DNA of 64,000 nt from Promethearchaeota archaeon. GTDB lineage: Archaea > Asgardarchaeota > Lokiarchaeia > Sigyniarchaeales > SOKP01. The position numbers and the translations under genes were made by a program. Under the pieces are notes generated by a model that had not been told where the DNA came from, searched no databases, and saw nothing but the letters and a program-made list of their open reading frames with translations. The stretch covers positions 1 through 64,000 of the forward strand of contig JAEOTS010000116.1 of the NCBI GenBank assembly GCA_016839745.1, in the 5' to 3' direction. Shown in pieces: positions 51,338 through 60,078 of the stretch; the stretch's first letter is position 1; each line of letters begins with the position of its first letter.

Positions 51338-52594
51338 TCATTCTATTTCATTAACATATTTTTCAATTGATTTTTGAATTTCACTAGCAGCTATATGAGG
51401 TAATTTCCTCGCGACTCTCATATCCTCAACCATTTCAGCACCTCCTATAATCTCGTGAGGGATGATATCTCCAAATAGATGGAAATTTGCATCGTAGTGA
51501 AAAGGACAACAATTGAATAAAATATTTCGATTTTTGTCAATTGAAATATCATCCAAACCTTGGAAAATAACCTTTAGAGTTTTAGCAAGGTCGTTTAGTT
51601 GATTAATCTTCAGTTGAGAAAACCTACGTAAATGCTCATTTGGGTGAAATCGGATGTGATAATTTCTTACTGGGCTTCCTGTGGTGTAAAATGTCCAAAA
51701 CTTGGTTTTAATGATAACCCTATCGCTATCTCCATGTGATGTCTGACAAAGATGACAATCTTCTCCCATTTCTTTAAATGCTTCAAGATGTCCTTCTAAT
51801 CGGCTTCCATGACCGTCCATGTTTAGATCGATATACACTTGACTATGTATACGCGGTTGAGAACCTCCTACTTTTAGTCCTATGTTGAAAAAGGGAGAAA
51901 TAGGAATATCGTAAAAATCTCTTTCAATCGCCTCTTCAACACAATAAAGAATTGCGGCTTTCATAGATAAGAAGATACTAGCTAATATTTCTTCGGGGAT
52001 TAATTTAAAACATAAGGAAGGATAGAAATTCCTTGAAATTGTAACCAAATTTATGCCTTTTGAGAGTTTTAAATGTGAAGGTAATTTTTCGGTTATTAAT
52101 TTTTCAATATCGGGATCGACAATCCGAGCCATCGAAGGATATCTATTAATCAGTGTCAAGGCTTTACAGTCATCTGATACTTTTTGATTTGTACGTGGTA
52201 TTTCCGAAAAGGGATTGTCTTTCCTCTTCTCATCTTCAGTAATTATCATTGTATAACCATCACCTAATTGTTTTCCCCAATCATCGTAAATAGTTTTTCC
52301 CTCTGTTATCGATGTGAACACATCTTTATGCTTTAAAGCGACTTTCTTCGAACAATCATAAAATTGTCTTTTTTCTTCAGCACTGGAAAAACCTTTAGGT
52401 CTGGCACTTCTTATTGGTGATATGTAAGCAAAATGTCCATAATATCTTTGTCGCTCTTCTCTAAAACCAAAGTCCTTAGTTCTTATAGTCACTGTTGATA
52501 ATGGATCCCATCTCTTAATTGGAACATCATATGATGTTTTACCTTTAAAATTCTCCTTGTTTATGATTCCCCATTCCATAAAATGGGGTAACAT
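51338..52594 (-). CDS. GalT-like (HIT-fold) nucleotidyltransferase, divergent
   Basis: RWDPLS, NPF, NRYPS, N.G.KVGGSQPRIHSQ, CHLC, GGAE. Confidence 0.75.
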   Translation of the reverse strand: MLPHFMEWGIINKENFKGKTSYDVPIKRWDPLSTVTIRTKDFGFREERQRYYGHFAYISPIRSARPKGFSSAEEKRQFYDCSKKVALKHKDVFTSITEGKTIYDDWGKQLGDGYTMIITEDEKRKDNPFSEIPRTNQKVSDDCKALTLINRYPSMARIVDPDIEKLITEKLPSHLKLSKGINLVTISRNFYPSLCFKLIPEEILASIFLSMKAAILYCVEEAIERDFYDIPISPFFNIGLKVGGSQPRIHSQVYIDLNMDGHGSRLEGHLEAFKEMGEDCHLCQTSHGDSDRVIIKTKFWTFYTTGSPVRNYHIRFHPNEHLRRFSQLKINQLNDLAKTLKVIFQGLDDISIDKNRNILFNCCPFHYDANFHLFGDIIPHEIIGGAEMVEDMRVARKLPHIAASEIQKSIEKYVNEIE

Positions 52595-52847
52595 TTTTTT
52601 GCTTGAAATTATATTACACCCTTTAATTTACGATATTACTTTAATAGAAAATACCACTATTAAATATTTTACTTAAACATTCATAGATATAATACTATTT
52701 TTATAAAGCAATCAATCATTTAGCTATATTTAAAGATACATCTAGTTAAATTAAAATTTTTTTTAGGATAATAACTAAACATAAAAATTTGTTCAATCTT
52801 ACAAAAATGTCGGAAAAGCTAATCCTATAAATTCTCTTGGAAATTTA

Positions 52848-52876
52848 GAAAGAAAAAAAGAAAAAAGAAAAAAAAA
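52848..52876 (-). terminator. oligo-U tract (archaeal intrinsic terminator-like) downstream of the RHH gene
   Basis: Plus strand AGAAAGAAAAAAAGAAAAAAGAAAAAAAAA reads as long T-runs on the minus strand, about 60 nt past the stop. Confidence 0.45.
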
Positions 52877-52933
52877 CTAAATATTACTAATAAACTAACT
52901 ACAGAATATATTTAAATGTGTATATAGAAATCT

Positions 52934-53224
52934 TTAGTGTTCTAACCTCTTTAAGATTTTGTAAGTTTTAAATTCTCGCACCGGTTCGGAGTTTTCATTT
53001 ATCCCTTCAACTGGTACTCGAACAAAATTTTGATCATCAAAATCTTCTATCTCTACTTCATTATATTTTGCCATATTATTAGCAAGTTTAAGTTCTTTTA
53101 TAAGGAATTCTCGGACAGCACATCTTATTAATTCAGATCGACTGGGATACAATCCATCTCGTCCTATTAATTTATTTATAGCATCTATATAACTTTCAGG
53201 TACATTAACGGTAACAATCTTCAT
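52934..53224 (-). CDS. ribbon-helix-helix (CopG/CdrS-like) transcriptional regulator
   Basis: MKIVTVNVP..I..LI..G.YPSRSELIR.AVREFL. Confidence 0.85.
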   Translation of the reverse strand: MKIVTVNVPESYIDAINKLIGRDGLYPSRSELIRCAVREFLIKELKLANNMAKYNEVEIEDFDDQNFVRVPVEGINENSEPVREFKTYKILKRLEH

Positions 53225-53774
53225 CCAATCGCCTTAACCATATTTTTTTTTGATTATTCTATATATAATTATTTATACAAAAATAATATATAAACATTAT
53301 TTTTTAGTGGGTTAATATATTTTTATAAAATGTATTTTACCCAAAATCTTAATAAGGAAACTATCGCTTCTCATTTTCCATTTAAGTTATAGAAATAGAA
53401 ACAAATTTATGGATATCGATTTTAAAGTTATTCATGAAAATATTTTTGAAAATTTTTTAAAGTAGGTAAAATTTTTTTAAAAAAATTAATAGTTATTATT
53501 TACAAATAATGTCGAACTTTTAAATTTGGAAAAAAAAATTATATGTCATGTTTTTCGCGAGAAAATTCTGAAATAAGCAAATAATGTAGAAATATGAAGA
53601 AATATCTGAATTGACAGAATTTTAATTCGAATTTCTTTTAAAATACTCAGTTTTTCAAGCATTATGATAAAAACCTTTAAATTATTTTTAATTTCATATT
53701 CTTAATTACTATAAACAATTTACTAATACTTTGGAGAATGAATGAACATATTTAATTCCAAATTAACTATTAAA

Positions 53775-54800
53775 TCAATATTCCTCTTCAAGATTAACAA
53801 CATTAATTAAGTTTTTATGCCCCTTAGCCATACGACTAACATTTTCCACTACTTCATTCCACCTTAACAGATCACTGAAAGGAGAGTATCCCCTATGCGG
53901 AGATAAAATAATGTTGTCAAGTGTATGAAAAGGGAATTCATAAGGTCGTTTAACACCGTTTTTATTTGGATGTGGGTGATAATCATACCAGACATCTATA
54001 GCTGCACCCGAAATTATTCTATTTTTCAAAGCATTGTAAAGATCTTCTTGATTAATAATTTCTCCTCTAGCAACATTAACAATTAGTCCATTTGATCCTA
54101 GTAAACTAATTTCCTCGGCTTTAATTAATCCTGATGTTAACAAAGTAACTGGAACTGCTATTATTAAAATATCAATTTCTTTTAAAAAATCATTAAGTTG
54201 GTTGAAATTATATTTTTTTGCTGGAGTCAGCAATTCGTCCTTTTGTTTATTCCAATTATTTCTTAAGATATGGAATTTAACATCAAACCCCGAGAGAAAT
54301 CGATGAACTTTTTGGTTGATTGCACCATAACCTAGAAGCCCTATATCTCGAGAACGTAATGGAATCGACATCGCATCGTTATCTCCAGTACGCCACCTTC
54401 CTTCTTTCATCCATACATGATGAGGAATAGTTTTATTCATAAGAGTTAGAAGTAAGGCAACGGCATGTTGAGCTACAAAATATGAATTTCCGTGTCCGTT
54501 AATCAACAAAACTTTCCGTTTTTTATTTAGTCTAGTAAATAAATCTAAAAGATGATTTACACCGGCACCCGGATTAATGAATACTTTTAGTTTGGTTGCT
54601 CTGTCTAAAATGGTTTTCGAAGGTCTCCATCCAATTAACACGTCCGCATTAGGAACTATCTTTGATAAAGATTCTTCAGAAGTATCTTCTGGATATATAA
54701 TCTCTACATTTGAAAGCTTTTTAAGGTTTTCTGTTAAGTAATTTTGGACATCTTTTGAAACCGCAGAAATGAAACAAACTATGATATTCTTTACACTCAT
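53775..54800 (-). CDS. D-2-hydroxyacid dehydrogenase family protein
   Basis: GAGVNH, GLLGYGAI, VNVARGEII, AAIDVW, SPHRG. Confidence 0.9.
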   Translation of the reverse strand: MSVKNIIVCFISAVSKDVQNYLTENLKKLSNVEIIYPEDTSEESLSKIVPNADVLIGWRPSKTILDRATKLKVFINPGAGVNHLLDLFTRLNKKRKVLLINGHGNSYFVAQHAVALLLTLMNKTIPHHVWMKEGRWRTGDNDAMSIPLRSRDIGLLGYGAINQKVHRFLSGFDVKFHILRNNWNKQKDELLTPAKKYNFNQLNDFLKEIDILIIAVPVTLLTSGLIKAEEISLLGSNGLIVNVARGEIINQEDLYNALKNRIISGAAIDVWYDYHPHPNKNGVKRPYEFPFHTLDNIILSPHRGYSPFSDLLRWNEVVENVSRMAKGHKNLINVVNLEEEY

Positions 54801-54936
54801 TTTATCTTCACACTAATCTAAAATTTATGATTAGTAATAACTACTAGTGAAATGACTAAGTTTTAAATAAATTTTTATATTCATTTCGTTGCTATATTTA
54901 TAAATAGAATTTAATCGATAGAGTAAGGTTTAGAAA

Positions 54937-56361
54937 TTGTCAGAAGCGAAACTGTTTGAAATCTTTAAAAATAGTCTTAATTTTGAAGTAAGCGAATATT
55001 TGGTGGAAGAGCTCACAGAACTTCAAAAAGATATCATAAACGATGCTACATTCATTCTAAAAGATAACATTGTAGGAGATGTAAAATCCTTTGGAGGATC
55101 AATGAAAAAAAATGAGGAAAAGTTCAAGGAATTTATGAAACAGGCTGAAACCGAGCTTGAAAAAGATAAATATAAAGAAATCAAAAAAAAATTAAAAGAA
55201 TACCTTAAAAAACTATCAGAATTAATAATTAAGACTTGTGTAGCAATAATTCCCGTAAAAGAAATGCCATGGGTCGATGTAGTATTTCGAACTATCCCAC
55301 GGATAATATATAACGATAAAGTAGAACTTTTGGATAACTCTATTGCCTACTGCGGAGAAATTAAATGTTTTATTGGCAGAACAACGTTATATGGGGAGAT
55401 AAAAGATCAAGAACCTTTGTTTGCACCTTTTACAGGTAATTTAGACCTGGGCGATTACAAATTAGATGCTACTCAAAATGAACCTAAATCTCAATTATTT
55501 CCATATGTTAGTGCTCTCATTAATTCCTTAGATTCTGCAATAACTAAAAATCAATTAGCAAAATATCACGAAGAATTTCAAAGACATGGTGACCCTATCT
55601 GCGATTTTTTGATGAAGGATGATGAGTTAGTTAATTCTATGAAAAAGGTTACCACTGCCTTAAAATCAGGAAGAATCACATCAGATATTGCTGTGTGTAG
55701 TATAGCAGTACCTTTACCATCCGAGAAAAAAAGCATTGTCTTAATCACTGACGAGAGTCAGGGAGATTCTCGATATGGAAACTGTTTTGAAGCTTTATTA
55801 AGATTATCCTCTTCATATTGTCAAGTGCCTTCACAAGGTCAACAAACGCCTACTCAAGGCGTATCTGTTTCAGGATCAACTGGAGGGGGGATCAGAACCC
55901 CCGGAGGGCAGGAATTGAAAACATGGACTGCTGAAGAACTCTCTAGTGAAGCTCAAAAAAGGTTGACAGCACAACCAGATCTTCCAACTTGGAGTGAGGA
56001 GGAATTAGGAAAATTCGCAGAAGAACGTGGTTCAGGTATACCTGAAGGGATGGAAGTTTGGAAAGAAGAAGAATTGCAGGACTTAGCAGAGAAAAGAAGA
56101 AGAGGAGGATTGAATATTCCTGAATGGCAACCTGATCAAGATATGTCTGAATGTTCTAGCTGTGGATATAGTTTAAGACCTGGTTGGACGAAGTGCCCCG
56201 TGTGTGATACTCCTGTTGGAGAAAAACCTTCTGAAGAAGTAAAAGAAGAACCCAAAGAACCCTCTGAAGAAGTAAAAGAAGAGCCCAAAGAACCCTCTGA
56301 AGAAGATCAAGATGAGATTATAGAACAAGAAGATGAAGGTAAGGAAGAAACAGACCCATAA
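54937..56361 (+). CDS. hypothetical protein with WxxEEL repeats, a zinc ribbon and an acidic tail
   Basis: TWTAEEL/TWSEEEL/VWKEEEL; CSSC..CPVC; PSEEVKEEPKE repeats. Confidence 0.7.
   Translation: MSEAKLFEIFKNSLNFEVSEYLVEELTELQKDIINDATFILKDNIVGDVKSFGGSMKKNEEKFKEFMKQAETELEKDKYKEIKKKLKEYLKKLSELIIKTCVAIIPVKEMPWVDVVFRTIPRIIYNDKVELLDNSIAYCGEIKCFIGRTTLYGEIKDQEPLFAPFTGNLDLGDYKLDATQNEPKSQLFPYVSALINSLDSAITKNQLAKYHEEFQRHGDPICDFLMKDDELVNSMKKVTTALKSGRITSDIAVCSIAVPLPSEKKSIVLITDESQGDSRYGNCFEALLRLSSSYCQVPSQGQQTPTQGVSVSGSTGGGIRTPGGQELKTWTAEELSSEAQKRLTAQPDLPTWSEEELGKFAEERGSGIPEGMEVWKEEELQDLAEKRRRGGLNIPEWQPDQDMSECSSCGYSLRPGWTKCPVCDTPVGEKPSEEVKEEPKEPSEEVKEEPKEPSEEDQDEIIEQEDEGKEETDP
56227..56304 (+). repeat. 33-bp in-frame tandem repeat (about 2.4 copies) encoding PSEEVKEEPKE
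   Basis: CCYTCTGAAGAAGTAAAAGAAGARCCCAAAGAA twice plus a partial third copy. Confidence 0.9.
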
Positions 56362-56528
56362 AGTTTTTCCTTAAAACTCTTAATTTAGCTTGTTTTATTA
56401 TTTTTCTGTTTGTTTATTAATGACTCAATAGCATAAAGTTTATAAGAGAGGTTATTCGTCCAATTCCAAACTTTTTTTAAGCATTTTTTATTTACATCCT
56501 TAAGGGAATAAATGATAAGGAGAATTCT

Positions 56529-57560
56529 GTGTTATTAAAAATATTTTTGTTAAAACGTAAAAATTCTCACGATTTAAATAACCTTGATATCTATAGTTAT
56601 CCCGAAGATATAGATAAAAAAGAAAATAATGAAATTGTTTTAAAAATCATTCACGGTCATGATCATGGCTCCCTAACAGAACCTTGTTGTGGCGATATTA
56701 ATACCTCAAGAGAAAAAAACGATACAAACACAAATTCTAAACCATTCGTAATTAGTAGTCCTGTTTTGCAAATCATTGGTGACCAAAATATATATACTGT
56801 ATGTGTTAACTCTGAAATGCTTATCGGGTTAATCTTTGAAAAAGACGATAATCCCTTCGACTATAAGGAAATTTTTGAGGATTTATCCAATGAATTGCTA
56901 AATACAGAAAAATGGTGTTCTTTTAAAGACGAAAGGGAGATAGAGAACTTATTAATAACCTTATTTATCGATATAAAAAGATTCGGAGACGAAATCCTTG
57001 AAGAAGCCCCAGAAGTTTCTTTTCACCCCTCCGGATTATTTACAAAAGTATTTTTATTTGGAATTGACAATGTTGGAAAGACATCCTTAACTAGAAGGAT
57101 TAAAACAGGTCAATACAAAGATAATTTTTTTACACCAAACAAGAGATTTAACATTGAGTATATCCAAAGAGAAGATGGTCTTCTTTCGATTTGGGATTCT
57201 CCTGGTCAAAGCTCTTTCAGAGAAAGATGGCTACTTGGGCTTCAGGATTCGAATATTATCATATACATGATTGATGTTGCCAACCAATTACGCTTTGACG
57301 AATCAAAAACTGAGTTTTGGAGAATATACAACGAAAACGATCTAAAAGACATACCTCTTTTAATCATTGGTAATAAGATTGATTTAATTAATCATAACAA
57401 TAATGATGAACAATTAATAAGAACAGAAAAAGAAATTAATAACTATTTTGAATTTGATAACCTACAGCATAGCAATTGGAAATTTGTTTTCACATCAGTT
57501 AAAACTAGCTTTAATATTGAAAAAGTATTAAACACGATTTTTACCTTAGTCTCAGCTTAG
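56529..57560 (+). CDS. Arf-like small GTPase with N-terminal longin-like domain
   Basis: G1 GIDNVGKTS, G3 WDSPGQ, G4 NKID, G5 TSVK; about 170-aa N-terminal alpha/beta extension (longin assignment tentative). Confidence 0.85.
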   Translation: MLLKIFLLKRKNSHDLNNLDIYSYPEDIDKKENNEIVLKIIHGHDHGSLTEPCCGDINTSREKNDTNTNSKPFVISSPVLQIIGDQNIYTVCVNSEMLIGLIFEKDDNPFDYKEIFEDLSNELLNTEKWCSFKDEREIENLLITLFIDIKRFGDEILEEAPEVSFHPSGLFTKVFLFGIDNVGKTSLTRRIKTGQYKDNFFTPNKRFNIEYIQREDGLLSIWDSPGQSSFRERWLLGLQDSNIIIYMIDVANQLRFDESKTEFWRIYNENDLKDIPLLIIGNKIDLINHNNNDEQLIRTEKEINNYFEFDNLQHSNWKFVFTSVKTSFNIEKVLNTIFTLVSA

Positions 57561-57684
57561 AAAATCTATATAAATATTGGTTTGTCAATAAATTTATAAG
57601 CCTAGCAATTTAAATTTCTATTATATTAAATACTTTCAAAATATTGTTAGTTGAGATTTATCATTATTAGACAAGGTTGAAATC

Positions 57685-58281
57685 ATGATCAAACGACTAA
57701 AAAAAGATCTACAAATAAATGTTGAAGAAAAGGAAGGACAACTATTTTTAGGTGAAAAAGATAAAGATATGAGGCTCGTTATGCTTCGTCCTAATGAAAT
57801 CATGGAGTTTTGCGAATTCGCTGGAACAAACGCTGAAGATATCCTTATATGGGTTGGAAAATCTCTCGGTAAAATATTTATGGAGAAGTTTTTTTATAAT
57901 AAAGATTGGAATAGTGAGGCTATGGCTACTAAAAAGGAAGTCGTATTGGGCGCACTCGAGGTTATGATGCTAATGGGTTATGGCGGGCTCACGGGGATGT
58001 TCAAAAAAGATCACATTATTATAAATGTGTATGATTCATTAGCAACCCAAGAAAAAGGGAATATTATGGCTAAAAACTTGTGTTTACTGTATCTCGGTAT
58101 TTTCAACAGTGTTTTTGATGTGTTAGGCCTCGATGTGGACGGTGAAGAAGTAGAATGCATTCTAACAGGAGGAGATAAGTGCTCGTTTAAATTCGATCTT
58201 CTCGTAGACGAATTGGAAGATGGCTTAGTCGATGATGAAATGTCTGATTTAGCAGTATCGGATTTTTTAGCTTCTTTGTAA
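57685..58281 (+). CDS. V4R-domain protein (Bet3/TRAPP-related fold)
   Basis: GKSLG, MGYG, LC..YLGIF, EEVECILTGGDKCSF. Confidence 0.85.
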   Translation: MIKRLKKDLQINVEEKEGQLFLGEKDKDMRLVMLRPNEIMEFCEFAGTNAEDILIWVGKSLGKIFMEKFFYNKDWNSEAMATKKEVVLGALEVMMLMGYGGLTGMFKKDHIIINVYDSLATQEKGNIMAKNLCLLYLGIFNSVFDVLGLDVDGEEVECILTGGDKCSFKFDLLVDELEDGLVDDEMSDLAVSDFLASL

Positions 58282-58282
58282 T

Positions 58283-58306
58283 AAATAGGAATTATTCTTC
58301 CTATTT
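58283..58306 (+). terminator. hairpin directly after the V4R stop codon
   Basis: AAATAGGAA-ttattc-TTCCTATTT, a perfect 9-bp stem followed by Ts. Confidence 0.4.
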
Positions 58307-58394
58307 TTCCTTATTAAAAATGTTACACCCAACTTCATAAAATCTAATTATTTTCTTAGTTTTTAATACTCAATAAATATAAATATTGATTAGA

Positions 58395-58604
58395 ATGGTA
58401 GAAAAACAAATATTAAAGCTTTCCAAATTATGCGAGCATTGGGCGGCACATAACAACACTCATAAAGAAAGCTATATAAAATGGAGAGATGTCGCAAAGG
58501 AAAAAGGTTTAAATTCTGTAGTAGAAAAAATCAATAAAGCAATTGAGATGATGGATAAAAGTACCGAATTTTTGCTTTCAGCAAGAAAAGATCTTGAAAC
58601 CTAA
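58395..58604 (+). CDS. small His-rich helical-hairpin protein, putatively metal-binding
   Basis: KL..LCEHWAAHNNTH..Y.KW motif; ATG 58395. Confidence 0.65.
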   Translation: MVEKQILKLSKLCEHWAAHNNTHKESYIKWRDVAKEKGLNSVVEKINKAIEMMDKSTEFLLSARKDLET

Positions 58605-58697
58605 GTAAAACTTTTTTACGATTTCAATTCTTTTATTTCAGCAAAAGAAGATTTGAGCGAATAAAGATTAAATTATAACTTATGAAAAAATGTTTGA

Positions 58698-59906
58698 TTA
58701 AAGAAATAAATTAATCAAAGGTAGGAGCTGCATTTTGAAGAAGCCGATTTTTTCGTAAATTAAGTCCACATTGTCTGATAGAAGCCACAAATAAACAGGT
58801 ATTTTTAGTTCGGAATATTCAAATAATTTTTCTCCTCGAATAGCAAATCCATTCAGAGGAAAATCAAGCGTCATGGAAGGTTCTCTTGTTAATCCGATGG
58901 AATTATGAAAGTTTGAAAGCGTTTGCATGATTAAAGCAGTATTATTTAATAATGCTTCATCAATATCTGAACTCGTATAACTACCAAATATTAAGCCATC
59001 CATAGAAATTAAACTTGTAGCCTTTCCTTCTATCGTAGTTGTAAAATCCTCAAGGATATTTTCTATAATTTCAGATGTTTCAGATACTAATTTTAATGCT
59101 TCGCTAAACATCTGCAGAATAGTTTCTTTTTGATATATTGTTGTATCGGAATAACTAATTGAAGTTTTTTCGTGTTCCTTTACTATATTATTAAACTTAT
59201 TTTTTATCGCAGATACGTTATTCTGCCACTCGAGAGATGTGCGGATGTCCTGATCGCTTTTTGATAACACCACTAAAACTGGAGGAAACTCGTTTAAATC
59301 GTTTAATACATTCAAAACTTGACGGAAATAGTTCGCTGATTCTGCGAATCTATCACTATCCTGCGTATCAATAACATATAAAACTATATCCGCTTCAGTA
59401 AAAAATAATTCAGGTCTGTTGAAGTATAGTTTTTCCCTATATTGAACTTGTCCTCCTAAATCCCAAGAAAGTATTGGATAACCAAAAAAATCTAATTTTT
59501 CGCGTTTTACTCCCCTTGTTGGCAGAAGAGACTTGATTATTGAGAATTTGTCTTGAAGAACAGCTAATATACTGGTTTTTCCACCATTATCCAAACCAAT
59601 CATTAATATTTTTTTATGAGTTTTTATTTTTTCCTTTATTGCTTTTTCTAATACTTGAGCGATCTTAACCCATTTTATAAGTACATTATTTGGTATTTCT
59701 TTAATATTAGGAAGGTTCTCTAAAGAGAGATGTGCTAACTCTTCTATGCTTTTAACATTGTTCTCATTTAATTTTTCAGAAGAAATTTGATCTATCCCAA
59801 TTAGAGTATCTGGCTTGAATTTTAATGTTTCATCTAATTCGTTAAGAATAACCGACCTTTTGAAAAAATCTTTAATGACAATGTTCTTTGTATTCTCTTC
59901 AGACAT
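58698..59906 (-). CDS. multidomain Arf-like GTPase: HhH-like N-terminus, GTPase, roadblock-like C-terminus
   Basis: G1 GLDNGGKTS, PT, G3 WDLGGQ, G4 SKSD; C-terminal SLISMDGLIFGS. Confidence 0.85.
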   Translation of the reverse strand: MSEENTKNIVIKDFFKRSVILNELDETLKFKPDTLIGIDQISSEKLNENNVKSIEELAHLSLENLPNIKEIPNNVLIKWVKIAQVLEKAIKEKIKTHKKILMIGLDNGGKTSILAVLQDKFSIIKSLLPTRGVKREKLDFFGYPILSWDLGGQVQYREKLYFNRPELFFTEADIVLYVIDTQDSDRFAESANYFRQVLNVLNDLNEFPPVLVVLSKSDQDIRTSLEWQNNVSAIKNKFNNIVKEHEKTSISYSDTTIYQKETILQMFSEALKLVSETSEIIENILEDFTTTIEGKATSLISMDGLIFGSYTSSDIDEALLNNTALIMQTLSNFHNSIGLTREPSMTLDFPLNGFAIRGEKLFEYSELKIPVYLWLLSDNVDLIYEKIGFFKMQLLPLINLFL

Positions 59907-60078
59907 GGTACATCGGATTTAATATCAATTTAACTTAATTTATACTATAACTTTATTTTATAGTAAAATATCTAATTAATAAAATTTTAGTTTTGTGGAA
60001 AACCATAATTATTTATTCTAATTGTATCATATAAATTTTAGAAATAAATAAGGGCTTTTGTAAAAGCATAAATGGTAT

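Noticed and set aside
53225-53774. Replication origin in the long AT-rich spacer
   Set aside because: No ORB-like repeats and no adjacent orc1/cdc6 gene.
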